Part shown: in pieces, positions 37,878 through 49,402 of the stretch
How positions within the stretch are numbered: position 1 is the first letter of the stretch
How the letters are laid out: every line of letters begins with the position of its first letter
Origin: Candidatus Poribacteria bacterium
Lineage (GTDB): Bacteria; Poribacteria; WGA-4E; WGA-3G
DNA length: 64,000 nucleotides
Assembly: GCA_964291315.2 (NCBI GenBank)
Contig: OZ219753.1
Span: 1,472,001-1,536,000 of the forward strand
Reading direction: 5' to 3'
Notes under the pieces: generated by a model
Databases searched by the model: none
What the model was told of the DNA's origin: nothing
Seen by the model: only the letters and a program-made list of their open reading frames with translations
Program-made: the position numbers and the translations under genes

Positions 37878-40703
37878 CTACACTTCTTCAACCTCAATGC
37901 CGAGTGCGCGGAGCTGCTCCTTGAGCTCTTCGTAAGCGCCCTCCGAGATTTCCCCATCAGAGGCGTGCAGCTGGATCTGTACGTCTTGAAAACTTGATTG
38001 CAGATGGTGCAAGAGCTGTAAGACATCGCTCACTTTTCCGGATGGCAGTGTAAAGCGGATACCGATTTCGGTCTTGGTAAGAACCGGTGTTGGCGGCGGG
38101 GACGGCTCGGGCGGCGGTGAGTAGTCGTCGGTGGTTGGCACCTCTGCCGTTCCTAATTCTGTCGAAGGGGGATGGACGATCAATCTTTTGCAAAGTGATG
38201 CAGCGAGGATCAGTTCATTGTCCTCAAAGGTAAGCGGCGGGCACTTCTCCATAAACGCACGCGGCACGAGTGTATCACCGAGGTTCTCACCGAGACCAAA
38301 CACACCGCTCTCAACGCCTTCACGGATCGCCGCCTCCCACACAGCGCGAAGCGGGCGTGCACAATTATCGCCTCCCGACGCATATGAGAACGGGTGAGAC
38401 GTGGAAATCGCATCGGTGTCTCCCAGGTACTCGCGGAGGATATCCTCGGTTGTGATGCGCTCACGGATGAGATGCGGCTTCATAATCACTTCGCTATCCT
38501 CTAAGGTTACCTCTGACGGCAGCTCCCTAAAGGTGCCGGGGATCAGTTTATCGGCTGTTTTCTCACCGAGGGCGAAGAACCCCTTTTCAACACCTTCCTT
38601 GATGCTCGCTACCCATGCATCCCGAAGAACCCGCTGCTCTCCCGGCGCACGCAGACTCGTGTGGAAGAGTTGTGCCGTCGGCAGTAGCTCCCGCTCGTTC
38701 TGATCAAGATAGCGGATTGAGATGTTTCGCGGCCCGATGCTTGTTAAGACGTGCTCTTTCATACAGAGCATCTCATAGACGTCCTCATCAAGCGGCTTGT
38801 CCATACCGGAGGCAGGCAGTCCGAGGTCTTCGGTATCGAAACCGTCCCTGGTCGGTATCAGCACCATTCGATAGTCTTGACGTGCCGCGGCTTTCAAGGC
38901 ATCTCTGGACTGCTTGAGCGTGTTGTTAATCTCTTGCCGCTGTGCCTCAGATAGGTTCAGTGCCTTATCTTTCTTAATCTCTTCGTAGGCAAGCATCTCT
39001 TTTGTCTTTTCTTCTAATTGCTCGGGTGTCCCTGATACTGGCACGAGGAAAAAGAGCGTATTGCGGTAAATGCGCGGCTTGTCACCGCGAGACTCGCTGA
39101 GCCTTTGGCAAAGTGTGTCATCTTGTTTGGAGAGAACCACCAGCTTCAGTTCCTCGGTGTCCGGGATATCAGTGCTCTTCGTCGGCGAGATATACGTCTG
39201 CATTTTAGTTGACGTAGCGGTGAGTTGCTGAAGTTGAGCGTGCATCCCTTTCGCAACGTCTTCAGGCGCGAGGTTCTCCATCCGGGTGCGCACAATCCGC
39301 CTCAGATTCGGTTGCGTGTCAAAATAAGCAGTGCCGTTCTCGGTGCGGAGGTAAAAGAGATGCTCAGCCAGCTGGCTCTTCGCTGAATCTATGATCGCCG
39401 CGGGTTGATCCATCGGCACCGTGCTGCGTTTGACCTCTTCGGGACGCGCGCCTCGCTCCACACCGCCCGTAAACGAATACAAGAAGATAGTCGTGGCCGT
39501 GCGACTGCCGAGCGCCAACTTCTCGTAGGCAGCACCCAGGGCGTTATCGGCAGCCTTTGCACCCGCGTTGTAGCCTGTGATGTCGCTGGCGATGACGCTT
39601 TTGTATTGAGCGTCTATGTGTTCGAGGAGTTCCTCGCGAATATCGGTATCGGCTAAGTCAAAATCGGCAAGCGTCAGATACGGACGCTGCTTGCCACATG
39701 CACGATGCACCACGCGTGAGAGCAACCTGAGCACGCCTCTTGTTCGTTGAAAGTTGGGAAAACTGCCCCATCTATGATATAGCACCTCTATAACCTCGGG
39801 CAGGAACGGATAACTCGCTAGGAACCGCTCTCTATATTCGGACTCTTGTGTGCCTATTGGCAGAATGCCTTCTTTTCTCGCGTGCCGGGCGAAGTCGCGA
39901 ACTATCTTCTTAGCCTCGGTGTGCTTGAAATCGTCTTTAGAGAAGAGCCGGCGCCGGATGATGCTGGCGATATCGGCATCGTTGACAGGCGTGATCGTCC
40001 GTCTCATTCTGTTTAGCAGCTCTCGGAAGAGCGGAAAATCACTCGCAAGTGGGGCGACTTCGCTCTCTTGCAGCGTTACAACAAAGACGACGTGCGGAGA
40101 GGCTGCCACCGCCTCTGTCAGCGAAAGCATAAACGCGATGCTCTGCTCGGCTAAGGTGCTGCCTTCCACAGCGACGCCCGCAGCACGCGCCAGGTAGTGC
40201 AGCACCTCGTCCATCAAGATCAGCACCGGTCTGCCGCTATTGTTGAACAACTCCGAGATGCGGTTGCTGCCGGGGGCGATCTGTGTGTCGAAGTGGGTGA
40301 TCCGTCCCGTGAGCTGCCTCTCTATCTCTCCCCAGAAGGTGTCGGTGGTGTCTATCTCGGAGCCGACAATGGCGACGGGCGTTGCGTTCCACTCCTTCGC
40401 TTTGTGGTAAAGAGCGATGAGCGTGTGCGTTTTGCCGCCGCCAAACGGGGTCTGCAGCTGCAGGATCGGGTCCTGGTTCTGGCGGGCTCGCCCTTTTAGT
40501 CGTCCCTCGATGCCAGAGATCAAGCCTTTCAAGCCATCGGTGAGATAGGTTTTCTGAAAGAACTGCTGGGCGTTTTTGTACTCCGAGGGTCCTTGGTTTT
40601 TGACCACCTGTCCGAGCTTCGCGGCATAGGTGTCGGCTGTGAAGAGGCCGCGTAGGATGTCTCTATGCGGTTTGGCGATCGTTTCAAATGCTACCGGTTT
40701 CAT
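37878..40703 (-). CDS. DUF499 family AAA+ ATPase
   Basis: PHRDIL, FFQKTYLT, LQTPFGGGKTHTLIALYH, LILMDE, FQRTRGVLRLL. Confidence 0.9.
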   Translation of the reverse strand: MKPVAFETIAKPHRDILRGLFTADTYAAKLGQVVKNQGPSEYKNAQQFFQKTYLTDGLKGLISGIEGRLKGRARQNQDPILQLQTPFGGGKTHTLIALYHKAKEWNATPVAIVGSEIDTTDTFWGEIERQLTGRITHFDTQIAPGSNRISELFNNSGRPVLILMDEVLHYLARAAGVAVEGSTLAEQSIAFMLSLTEAVAASPHVVFVVTLQESEVAPLASDFPLFRELLNRMRRTITPVNDADIASIIRRRLFSKDDFKHTEAKKIVRDFARHARKEGILPIGTQESEYRERFLASYPFLPEVIEVLYHRWGSFPNFQRTRGVLRLLSRVVHRACGKQRPYLTLADFDLADTDIREELLEHIDAQYKSVIASDITGYNAGAKAADNALGAAYEKLALGSRTATTIFLYSFTGGVERGARPEEVKRSTVPMDQPAAIIDSAKSQLAEHLFYLRTENGTAYFDTQPNLRRIVRTRMENLAPEDVAKGMHAQLQQLTATSTKMQTYISPTKSTDIPDTEELKLVVLSKQDDTLCQRLSESRGDKPRIYRNTLFFLVPVSGTPEQLEEKTKEMLAYEEIKKDKALNLSEAQRQEINNTLKQSRDALKAAARQDYRMVLIPTRDGFDTEDLGLPASGMDKPLDEDVYEMLCMKEHVLTSIGPRNISIRYLDQNERELLPTAQLFHTSLRAPGEQRVLRDAWVASIKEGVEKGFFALGEKTADKLIPGTFRELPSEVTLEDSEVIMKPHLIRERITTEDILREYLGDTDAISTSHPFSYASGGDNCARPLRAVWEAAIREGVESGVFGLGENLGDTLVPRAFMEKCPPLTFEDNELILAASLCKRLIVHPPSTELGTAEVPTTDDYSPPPEPSPPPTPVLTKTEIGIRFTLPSGKVSDVLQLLHHLQSSFQDVQIQLHASDGEISEGAYEELKEQLRALGIEVEEV

Positions 40704-43402
40704 GGTAAAATCTCCTGTTGCGTGTTTTCCGAGGCTTTTGCGACTTCGCGCTGAATGGTGGCTTTGTCCGCAAGCCAGCCGTCAAGCCATTGCCGTTCCT
40801 GATTGTCGCTCGGCAGCGCGTCTCTTATTTCGTTAGCTATCTCCCATATCAGCTCGTTGAGGCCGACATTCCGTTTCGAAAGACACTGGATCATTTCAGA
40901 GCGGTTGCTAGATGACCAGAACAGCAGGGCACGGTGCAGAATATCTATCAACTCTTCACTGCCGGAGAGGTCAGTGTCCCTTCGATCCTGAGGCCCTAGG
41001 ACCCGCACCTTTGTTTTTTCTTGCTGGATAAAACCCTCTGCACCCCACACTTCGGTTAGCTCAATGCCGAGGGAGAAAGCGAGCTTACGGGCATCGTTAA
41101 ACAGTACTGCCTCTGCACCGTGTTGCCGCCGCCATCGGAGGTAAAAACGCATGAGATGCGTGCCTGCCACACCAAATCGATCGTCTTCGAACCGCCAGAG
41201 TATCTCCCGGATGTCAGCGATCATTTTATCGGCACGCACGATGTTGTCGTCCTTGTCGAGCACCTGTTGATAGGCGGCGAACACCTCAATGCCGATGCCG
41301 ATCGCAGCGATGAACAGATCGACCCCAGAGAACCCCCACTCCCACAAGCTAAAGAGTCTCTCTTGCAGGTAGTTCTCCATTTCCGTTTTAACGTCCTGAT
41401 AGAGTCCAAAGGGTTTCCGGTCTCTCTTGCGGGCGACCATATAGATAGAGGAGGAAAGAGCCGCAGAACCTTGTGCTCGGAGCCGAGAGGTCAGCTCTGT
41501 ATCTATGGGCCATGCGGCTGTGATGACAAGTTCGGAGTCCAAGAGGGCGTTAATCAAGGCCTCCCAGCCCGCTGTGGATTTGTGGGCGTAGACAATAACA
41601 GCGATGCCGTCCGTTTTTAGCACGCGATGCATCTCCCGAAACGCCTGCGCGAGGCCGGCTTCAAACGTCTGCTTTCCTGCCTTCAAGCCGCCTGGGCGAT
41701 GTCCGTAAGCCACGATCTCGCCCTCCTTCGGTGTCAAGGAGGTTTTAAAGAGCTCGGGGTAATGTGCGCCGATGCTCCGCTTCAGCCACACATAGAAAAT
41801 ATCGGAGAGATAGGCGTACGCAGCGTTGTCGTAATAGGGAGGATCGGTGAGAACGGCATCGAAGGTGTTGTCCGGATAGGGGAGGCTCTGGGCGGCTGCC
41901 TGTCTCACAGTGGCCACAGGCTCCCTGTCCATCTGGCAGAGATGCTCCATCGGCTTGAGAAGGGTTTCTAATCGGTTTGCCCCGACACGAAACGGGTTCG
42001 CCTCTCCGTAATCCCAGACCATCGGCAACGTTGCCATTGAGAAAATATTCTCGGCAGATTCATGTGTGTTCACCCATGGACAGAGGTTAGAACCTGTATC
42101 AGCGATGCGATCCAACCAGAGGGCTAAGTAGGTACAGACCGCTTTGGCGTATTCAGGGTCATAGTTCTCACGCGCTTGCATTTCTGCAGCGGCGCCGCGA
42201 ATCTTCTCCGTTAGGGTGACGAGGGTGAGTTGCTGCCGGGCATTGAACAGATCACCATAGGTCTTCAGGTTGTAGTTGTAAATGGAAATTCCGCGTTCTG
42301 CTCCTGAACCTTTTAAGTTAGGCGTTGGTTCATCAGGAACCGGGTCAATGCCCCACGCGGCTCTAAGACGTTCGCGGTTTTCCGCAAGTCGTTCTTCTGC
42401 CCTCTTGAAAATCGCGATATCTTCCGCTGTCGGGAGCCGATACGCTCTGTCTGTCCGTTTTAGGTTCTGTGTTACCACCGCCAGCATCCGCTCACCAGAG
42501 AGCCCTTCTTGAAAGAGGCGGCGCGTCTGCTCCGCAGCGATGCGGTTCTGGCAGATCGGACACGTAACAATGGCACGGGAGATCGTGCCCTTCTTAGGCT
42601 CAAAGCTGTCCGGCTCTTCCGCGTGCCCTGTGCCGACAATACGGAAACCGATCTGTCCCTCGGCATCACAGGGGAAAAGCGCTATCTTCTTCTCTTTATC
42701 TTTCTTCTTTTTATTTTCCTTTTGTGCCAGCCAGAATTGACGTATGAGCGGAATAACCGCATTGCAATGAAGGTTTTGACACGGTAGCGTGCGCGCCCAA
42801 ATATAGGTGTAGACCTCCGAGCCGTCCGGTTCTTTCGGATAGAAAGCAGCGAGCTCCGCGGTTATCTCCGCGAGAATACGCTCTCCCCACCTTTTGACAT
42901 CGTCGTAAAGGCGCTGTCCATATCTTTGCGGGTATTCGAGGGTGCACTTCTGGATTAAGACAGAGACGGGGTTGAGGTCAGCGGCGTGCGTTTCGCAGCC
43001 GAGCCGTTGAGCCTCTAAAGGAATGGTGCCTCGTCCGCCGAAGGGGTCTAGGATTTTAGGGGGTTTTCCGTTGTGAGACCGTAGGATATCTTCTCTCGCC
43101 TGTTGGATCCAGAGCGGCTTGAGAGCGTTCTCCCATTTGGCGAGTTCTGCGATGAAATTGTGTTTAGGGGGGAGTAGGAGTGCATGGGTAGAGGTGTTTT
43201 TATGCTTATCATCAGCGAAGTGGGGGGGCAGAGGCGAATCCCCGCATACTAGTGCAGCATAAGCCGTCGCACGCGATGGCCCCAGCGGACGACTCGCCCA
43301 ATATCTGTGCAGACCCGCGAGTTGGGATCTGCCTCGTCCCTCTTTGCTCACGGCTTCCACCGGAAATCCGACTTCAATGATACGTCTGTTGCTTTTCTTC
43401 AT
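40700..43402 (-). CDS. DUF1156 adenine-specific DNA methyltransferase
   Basis: LHRYWASRPL, ILDPFGGRGTIPLEA, two CxxC-like pairs, TDPPYYDN; ATGA overlap with the DUF499 gene. Confidence 0.9.
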   Translation of the reverse strand: MKKSNRRIIEVGFPVEAVSKEGRGRSQLAGLHRYWASRPLGPSRATAYAALVCGDSPLPPHFADDKHKNTSTHALLLPPKHNFIAELAKWENALKPLWIQQAREDILRSHNGKPPKILDPFGGRGTIPLEAQRLGCETHAADLNPVSVLIQKCTLEYPQRYGQRLYDDVKRWGERILAEITAELAAFYPKEPDGSEVYTYIWARTLPCQNLHCNAVIPLIRQFWLAQKENKKKKDKEKKIALFPCDAEGQIGFRIVGTGHAEEPDSFEPKKGTISRAIVTCPICQNRIAAEQTRRLFQEGLSGERMLAVVTQNLKRTDRAYRLPTAEDIAIFKRAEERLAENRERLRAAWGIDPVPDEPTPNLKGSGAERGISIYNYNLKTYGDLFNARQQLTLVTLTEKIRGAAAEMQARENYDPEYAKAVCTYLALWLDRIADTGSNLCPWVNTHESAENIFSMATLPMVWDYGEANPFRVGANRLETLLKPMEHLCQMDREPVATVRQAAAQSLPYPDNTFDAVLTDPPYYDNAAYAYLSDIFYVWLKRSIGAHYPELFKTSLTPKEGEIVAYGHRPGGLKAGKQTFEAGLAQAFREMHRVLKTDGIAVIVYAHKSTAGWEALINALLDSELVITAAWPIDTELTSRLRAQGSAALSSSIYMVARKRDRKPFGLYQDVKTEMENYLQERLFSLWEWGFSGVDLFIAAIGIGIEVFAAYQQVLDKDDNIVRADKMIADIREILWRFEDDRFGVAGTHLMRFYLRWRRQHGAEAVLFNDARKLAFSLGIELTEVWGAEGFIQQEKTKVRVLGPQDRRDTDLSGSEELIDILHRALLFWSSSNRSEMIQCLSKRNVGLNELIWEIANEIRDALPSDNQERQWLDGWLADKATIQREVAKASENTQQEILP

Positions 43403-43506
43403 ATGTTCACCTGTGTTTATAAAGTGATTACGTCGCTAACCCTGTTTTCAAACTCACGTTATAATAACTATAGAAAATAGTTTATTAGAACCGGTGGTAA
43501 ACGTTG

Positions 43507-43734
43507 TTAGCGTTCAAGTTTTATGTGGTGACAATCAAATTCAACGAGTCTAATCACGCCGGGTTCGTTGTCGTACACCACACCGATGGAAGCGATAGTT
43601 TCTCCGGATCCTAAGAGACTCTCGAATTCGGAGATGTCACGGATTTCGCCATGATTTCCATCCACTGTGATCCTGTCCCCAACTTTCCAGTCTTTCACCT
43701 GTTGAAAGGGGATGTAATTTGCTGTATGATCCAT
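43507..43734 (-). CDS. Small hypothetical protein (75 aa) inside the defence operon
   Basis: GGAGG RBS, 33 bp after the helicase stop, protein-like composition (WKVGDRITV..HGEI). Confidence 0.7.
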   Translation of the reverse strand: MDHTANYIPFQQVKDWKVGDRITVDGNHGEIRDISEFESLLGSGETIASIGVVYDNEPGVIRLVEFDCHHIKLER

Positions 43735-43767
43735 TCGTTGGTCCTCCGTGCACAGAAAGAGCCGGAA

Positions 43768-46700
43768 CTACACGGCTTCCCCGTTTTTAACTATCTCTGA
43801 AAGCGGCACTTGATACCGAACCTCTGTGACCTGCTGAGCCCTTACCTCATTCGCCGGATCTTTGATAATATGGAGCTCGGGGTGTGTCGAGGCATTGAGT
43901 ACGACGTATAGAAAATAGTCGTCCTTGATTTGCTTTGCTTTAAACCACTCATTAGAGGTAAGAACGACGGGGGCGCGCTCTGATCGTGCCTTGACTTCGA
44001 TGCATCGGATTTTCCCATCGGGCGTTTTTGAACGTAGATCGAAACCGAGGTTTTCTGACGATACATCGTCAACAGTGCGCCCTTGCGCCTCTTCGTGACG
44101 GGTGGCGTATGCCATACCAAGCTGTTCAATCTCCAATCTATTGTGCGCGGGTGTTTCTACGCCCTCAGCAGCGGGCCGGACCCGAACTGCCCCGGCGAAA
44201 GTAGGCGGTTTTCTGGACAGCCTTACCTCTTGCTGGCAGGCGGTTTCCAATTTCGCTTTCTCCCGTTCATAATGCTCTTTCTGGTGTCGTTTGTTCTGCG
44301 TAACCAGTCTCACATCTTCGCCTCTTTCGGATCGCACCCCAAGTTCAAGCAATTCACCATCTAGTTTAATGATGAGTTTCTCCAGCGAGGCGATGCCGTA
44401 TTTTTTCTTAATATCTACCTGCCTTTCCCGTTCTTTTGTGAGTTCTTGTTTGTATTGATCCAAGTGGAGACGTGATGTTTCACCAATTTTGGCTTCCAAG
44501 GTTTTTATCTCGATCGGTTCTGCTGTGGCATCTGCATCTGCTTCTTGGAGGTCCCAGAGGACCACGGGGTTGATCGGTTCCACAGCTTCAGAGTTCTCGG
44601 GCAGATAAAAGGCGAACAATTGTCTGCCGACAACTGTATCTGTGCCATCTTGAATTTCACCTTCATAGAACACAATAATCCCATTGAGTTTGGCATCCGG
44701 GTCTTCAAAACAGGCACCGGCTTTAAGGTCTTGGGCGTATTCTTGCTCCACATAGCGAAGGGTTGCTTCAAAAAGTGGATGCCCAAAAGAGATAAACTCA
44801 ACCGATGAATCTTGGGCTGCATGGGCCTTATCAAACGTCACTTTTGCGTAATTTTTCCTAAGGGTACTGCCCGGATGCATCTGTCGGAATTCGTCGTCTT
44901 GAATAGTTCTGGTAATTTGACTCGGGATACGAGGAATACTAAAACTTTTATCTCTACGTTGGTGGAGTTCTATGTCATGGAGGTTTAAGGTTTTACGGAA
45001 GAACTCACGTGTGTATTCCGGAATGAGTCCTTGTTCACGAGCTTCTTGCTGAAGTTTACTCACCTGTGGCAGGTTAATATAGTGTGAAACGAGCGTATCT
45101 TCGTTAAATTTCTGGAAACGTTTAAGTTGAGATGAGTTAAACGGGGCTTCAAATTCTTTAAGTAGTTGGTTGTGGTCGCGCGTGCTTGCGGCGGCCTCTA
45201 GCAGGAGCTGTGCGAGATTTTGCTTCGGGAAAAGTTCACCGATGACATCGTAGACGCTATCCTTTCCTAGTTCGTTTCGAATGGTATCCAGCTTCTCAAA
45301 AAGGCGGGTAAAAACCGCACCTTCCCGCGTGTCGGAGGCGACAAGGTTGATAACATGTGCCTCCTTTTTCTGTCCGTAGCGGTGAATTCTACCCATTCGC
45401 TGCTCCAGCCGATTCGGGTTCCACGGTAAATCGTAGTTAATCATTAGGTGACAGAATTGAAGGTTAATGCCTTCGCCTGCGGCCTCTGTCGCGATGAGAA
45501 TCTGTGTTTCGTTTTGGAACGTTTGCTGTGCCTCTACCCGCTTTTCATGCGGCATTTTTCCATCAATGACAGATACCGAAAAACCCCACTCCTTCACTTT
45601 CTGCTGCAAGTAGTTTAACGTATCGAAGTACTCGGTAAAGATGAGGATCTTTTGATTCGGATGTTGAACATTGAGCTCATCAAGTGCTTCTTTGAGAGCT
45701 TGTAATTTAATTTCCCCTTTGTTTTGAATAATACTTTCGGCTTTTTGCTCAAGGTGTTTAAGGGTTTGAATTTCATTCGCCAACTCTTCCCTATTTTCAG
45801 CGACGGAGAGCACCTCCCACTGTTCTTCGAGCTCCCAACGCTCGACCTCACTGAGGTCTTCTATGTCGTCTCGCTGTGCCTCGGTGGGGATAGTATCGGC
45901 CTCGGGCGTAGTGTTGTCAAGTAATACCTGCAGCCGTTTTTGTCGACGTTGGAGAGAAACATGGAGGGCGCGGGTGCTAGATGCAAGCCGCCGTTGCAAG
46001 ATAACGAGAGCAAATGCGACATTGTTCCGTTTCTGTGAGTTTTCGGAGAATCGGTTGTATTGCTCACGAATGTACTCAGAAAGCTCGTTATAGAGCTCCA
46101 TCTCGCTTTCGGATTCGCTGCCGAGATGGAACGTTTTTGTTTGAACATGGCGCGGTAAGAAGAGAGCTTTTCCTTCAAAGTCTTTTAGGTCTTCCTTGAC
46201 GCGGCGAATCAGGAGCGGGTTATCCTTCTTTTGAATGGATTCCTCAATTTGAGCGGGCTCCGCGAAAAAACCGGGTTCAAGCAGGTCGAGGAAGAGGCGG
46301 AAATTCTCAGAGTCGCCCCGATGCGGGGTAGCCGTGAGGAATAGAAGGTGCGTTGTACAGCGAGAGAGGCATTCCCCCAGTTGATACCGCTTGGTCTTCT
46401 CAACCTTGTCACCATATTGGTAGGCAGCCATTTTGTGTGCCTCATCCACAATAATTAGATCAAAGTGGGTATGAGCGATAGCCCCGCGAATATCGTCCTG
46501 ACGCGCAAAATCTATAGAGGTTATCAACTGCTGCTCGCGCTGCCAGACGTTTTCAGACGCATGCGCATTAACAAAAGCACGGGTGACATGCGTGAAATTC
46601 TCTTCAAATCGCGTCTTCATCTCTTCTGTCCATTGCGTGATTAAGTGTCCCGGGGCAACAATAAGGATACGTTTCGCCTGGTTGCGGAGCTTTAGCTCTT

Positions 46701-47121
46701 TTGCGATCAGGCCCGCCATAATTGTTTTACCTGCTCCTGGGTCATCCGCGATCAGGAAGCGAATCCGCGGTTGCTTGAGTACTTGCCATACGGCTTCAAT
46801 CTGGTGCGGCAACGGATCGACCTTAGAGATGCTAATCGCAAAGGTCGGGTTGTAGAGTGCAGCGTACTGATAACGTTTTGCTTCGAGGTGAAGAAACGCG
46901 CGCCGCGCATTGCCGATAAAATTTAGTTGTGATTGAACAATTTGCAGCGTCTCCGCCTCCGCCGGGGTGAGCTCTTGGTTGATTGGCTGTTTGGAATTGA
47001 TCAACGTTCCGACAATATGTATGTCCCCGTTGGATCTTGGTTGATAGGCGTGAACATGAACGGGCTCGGGCCACAAGGAAGAAGATTCAACGATTGAGTC
47101 GTAGGTAATATTTTGTCTCAT
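43768..47121 (-). CDS. SNF2-family helicase with C-terminal DUF3883 nuclease
   Basis: [51 protein letters not shown]; C-terminal LGFDLRS...IEVK...LTSNEW. Start 47121 or 47133. Confidence 0.92.
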   Translation of the reverse strand: MRQNITYDSIVESSSLWPEPVHVHAYQPRSNGDIHIVGTLINSKQPINQELTPAEAETLQIVQSQLNFIGNARRAFLHLEAKRYQYAALYNPTFAISISKVDPLPHQIEAVWQVLKQPRIRFLIADDPGAGKTIMAGLIAKELKLRNQAKRILIVAPGHLITQWTEEMKTRFEENFTHVTRAFVNAHASENVWQREQQLITSIDFARQDDIRGAIAHTHFDLIIVDEAHKMAAYQYGDKVEKTKRYQLGECLSRCTTHLLFLTATPHRGDSENFRLFLDLLEPGFFAEPAQIEESIQKKDNPLLIRRVKEDLKDFEGKALFLPRHVQTKTFHLGSESESEMELYNELSEYIREQYNRFSENSQKRNNVAFALVILQRRLASSTRALHVSLQRRQKRLQVLLDNTTPEADTIPTEAQRDDIEDLSEVERWELEEQWEVLSVAENREELANEIQTLKHLEQKAESIIQNKGEIKLQALKEALDELNVQHPNQKILIFTEYFDTLNYLQQKVKEWGFSVSVIDGKMPHEKRVEAQQTFQNETQILIATEAAGEGINLQFCHLMINYDLPWNPNRLEQRMGRIHRYGQKKEAHVINLVASDTREGAVFTRLFEKLDTIRNELGKDSVYDVIGELFPKQNLAQLLLEAAASTRDHNQLLKEFEAPFNSSQLKRFQKFNEDTLVSHYINLPQVSKLQQEAREQGLIPEYTREFFRKTLNLHDIELHQRRDKSFSIPRIPSQITRTIQDDEFRQMHPGSTLRKNYAKVTFDKAHAAQDSSVEFISFGHPLFEATLRYVEQEYAQDLKAGACFEDPDAKLNGIIVFYEGEIQDGTDTVVGRQLFAFYLPENSEAVEPINPVVLWDLQEADADATAEPIEIKTLEAKIGETSRLHLDQYKQELTKERERQVDIKKKYGIASLEKLIIKLDGELLELGVRSERGEDVRLVTQNKRHQKEHYEREKAKLETACQQEVRLSRKPPTFAGAVRVRPAAEGVETPAHNRLEIEQLGMAYATRHEEAQGRTVDDVSSENLGFDLRSKTPDGKIRCIEVKARSERAPVVLTSNEWFKAKQIKDDYFLYVVLNASTHPELHIIKDPANEVRAQQVTEVRYQVPLSEIVKNGEAV

Positions 47122-49343
47122 AATTTCCGCCATTGTAGGCGTAGGCTATTTAGCACAACAGATACGCTGCTAAATGCCATAGCGAATGCTGCCAGCATCG
47201 GGTGAAGCTCCCGTAGCATAGCCGGCACGAAAGAGAGCGGGTACAGCGCGCCGGCCGCGATAGGAATTAAAAGGACGTTGTAGAAAAAGGCCCAGAAAAG
47301 GTTCTGTTTGATCGTTTGCATCGTGGCGCGGCTCAGCCGGATTGCCTCGGGAAGTGCACGCAAATCGCTGTGCATCAGCGTCACATGTGCCGTCTCCCGG
47401 GCAATATCAGTGCCTGTGCCGAGCGCTATCCCGATATCGGCTTGTGCCAATGCGGGGGTGTCATTGATACCATCGCCTACCATCGCGACGCTGCTTCTGT
47501 TTTCTGTTTGTAAAGTTTTAACGGCGTGCGCTTTGTCCTCAGGCAGGAGCTCCGCCCTGACATCGCTAATCCCCGCGGCTGCTGCAATCGCATGCGCGGT
47601 GCTGCGATTATCGCCTGTCATCATTATAACTTCACACCCGAGTTTATGGAGGTCAGCGACGGTCGCTTGTGCTTCGGGCCGCAAAGTATCTGCAACCGCG
47701 AGGAGCCCCTTAATCTGTCCATCAACCGCAACCCACAAGACCGTTTTTGCCTCGGTTTGTAGACGTTCCGCCTCTGTTTCAAACATTCGAGTCCGGATGT
47801 TGTGTTGTTGAATCAGAGACAGGTTGCCAATCACGACCCTGTTTTCACCCACTTGTGCGGTGATACCGTGTCCTGTGACTGCTTCAAACGCGCGGGGCGT
47901 AACGATGTTCAGTCCGCGTTCTTCGGCTGCTCGAACAACCGCTCTGCCAATCGGATGTTCACTGCCCCGCTCGGCGGCTGCTGCTAATTCGAGGAGTTCT
48001 GATTCGGCTTCGTCCGTGAGAATGTCCGTGAGCCTGAGTTTACCTTCTGTCAAGGTACCTGTTTTATCAAGGACGACAGTGGTTAAGGCTCCTGCGCGTT
48101 CAAGCGCCTCACCGTTTCGGAAGAGGATGCCGCGTTCTGCCCCGATGCCGGTTCCCATCATAATGGCAGTCGGCGTAGCAAGTCCCAGGGCGCAGGGGCA
48201 AGCGGAGACGAGAATGGCAACGAGGCGGAGCATTGCTGGGGTAAACCCTTCTCCGATCAGAAACCACCACACCAGAAACGTCAAAACCGCAATTCCGCTA
48301 ACGACAGGTACAAATACATTTGTAACTGCATCGGCGGCGCGTTGAATAGGAGGCTTGCTCTGTTGTGTTGTTTGTACCAATTGGACGAGGCGAGCGAGGG
48401 CTGTTTCAGTGCCGACATGTGTGGCTTCTATGGTGAGCATGCCGCTCTGGTTCATCGTCGCCGCGGTCACAGGATCCCCTGAGGTTTTGTCTACAGGTAG
48501 GCTTTCTCCGGTAAAGACGCTTTCATCGATGGCACTTTTACCACTGCACACCACGCCATCCACTGGAATGCTCTCGCCGGGACGTACAAGAAGGACATCT
48601 CCTACAACAACTTGTTCAATAGGAATGTGCTGTTCTTTGCCGTTATTTAAGCGACAAGCGGTCTTCGGGAAAAGTTTCGGGAGTTTTTTGAGGGCTGCGT
48701 TTATGTTTCCTTTGGCGCGCGCTTCAATCAGTTTCCCTAACTTAATCAATGTAATGATAACGGCGGCTGTCTCGAAGTAAACGTGGGTTCCCAAGCGCGT
48801 TCCGGTGTCTATGCCCAAAGCAATGGTTACAGCGAGACTATAAAGAAATGCCACGGAGGTGCCCATCGCAACAAGCACGTCCATGTTCGCGGATCGGTTA
48901 CGGAGTGCTTTAATACCGCCAACGTAGTAATCCCACCCGACATAGCCCTGCACCGGCAATGCTAAACCAAACATGAGCCAGTTAACCCATTGTGCCTGTG
49001 CCCAGTTTCCAAGCATCCCCATATCTCGCCCCATGCTGAGCAGAAAAAGGGGGAGGGTGAAGATGGCCCCGAGGGTGAATAGTTTTTTTTGTCGCTGGAA
49101 GTCTTCCGCGCGCGCTGCGTCTTCTGTTCCTTCATCGACAACGTCAAAGCCGAGGTCTCGGATCTTATCCACAACAGCGGCCTCATTGAGGATGTCCGTA
49201 TCGAAGGTGACGGCTGCATATTCGGTGGCGAGGCTGACTTCTGCGGCCAGGATGCCTTTCATCTTCTTGAGATGACGGGTGATAGTGGTTGAACAGTTCT
49301 CACAGTGCATTCCTGTGATGGGGAGGTTCACTTGACGTTCCAT
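47118..49343 (-). CDS. copA: Cu(I)-translocating P1B-type ATPase
   Basis: [47 protein letters not shown]. Confidence 0.93.
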   Translation of the reverse strand: MERQVNLPITGMHCENCSTTITRHLKKMKGILAAEVSLATEYAAVTFDTDILNEAAVVDKIRDLGFDVVDEGTEDAARAEDFQRQKKLFTLGAIFTLPLFLLSMGRDMGMLGNWAQAQWVNWLMFGLALPVQGYVGWDYYVGGIKALRNRSANMDVLVAMGTSVAFLYSLAVTIALGIDTGTRLGTHVYFETAAVIITLIKLGKLIEARAKGNINAALKKLPKLFPKTACRLNNGKEQHIPIEQVVVGDVLLVRPGESIPVDGVVCSGKSAIDESVFTGESLPVDKTSGDPVTAATMNQSGMLTIEATHVGTETALARLVQLVQTTQQSKPPIQRAADAVTNVFVPVVSGIAVLTFLVWWFLIGEGFTPAMLRLVAILVSACPCALGLATPTAIMMGTGIGAERGILFRNGEALERAGALTTVVLDKTGTLTEGKLRLTDILTDEAESELLELAAAAERGSEHPIGRAVVRAAEERGLNIVTPRAFEAVTGHGITAQVGENRVVIGNLSLIQQHNIRTRMFETEAERLQTEAKTVLWVAVDGQIKGLLAVADTLRPEAQATVADLHKLGCEVIMMTGDNRSTAHAIAAAAGISDVRAELLPEDKAHAVKTLQTENRSSVAMVGDGINDTPALAQADIGIALGTGTDIARETAHVTLMHSDLRALPEAIRLSRATMQTIKQNLFWAFFYNVLLIPIAAGALYPLSFVPAMLRELHPMLAAFAMAFSSVSVVLNSLRLQWRKL

Positions 49344-49402
49344 TGTATACGTTCACCCCTTGTAAAAAAGTAACGAAGCGCCTTGTCAGGTTTGGTTTGA
49401 TC

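Noticed and set aside
36850-47140. Defence operon as a discrete mobile island
   Set aside because: No integrase, transposase, tRNA or flanking direct repeats were found by eye.
47308-49292. Long plus-strand ORFs opposite copA, and similar antisense ORFs over nuo, bamA and lpxD
   Set aside because: Shadow frames of well-supported genes, with no motifs or RBS.
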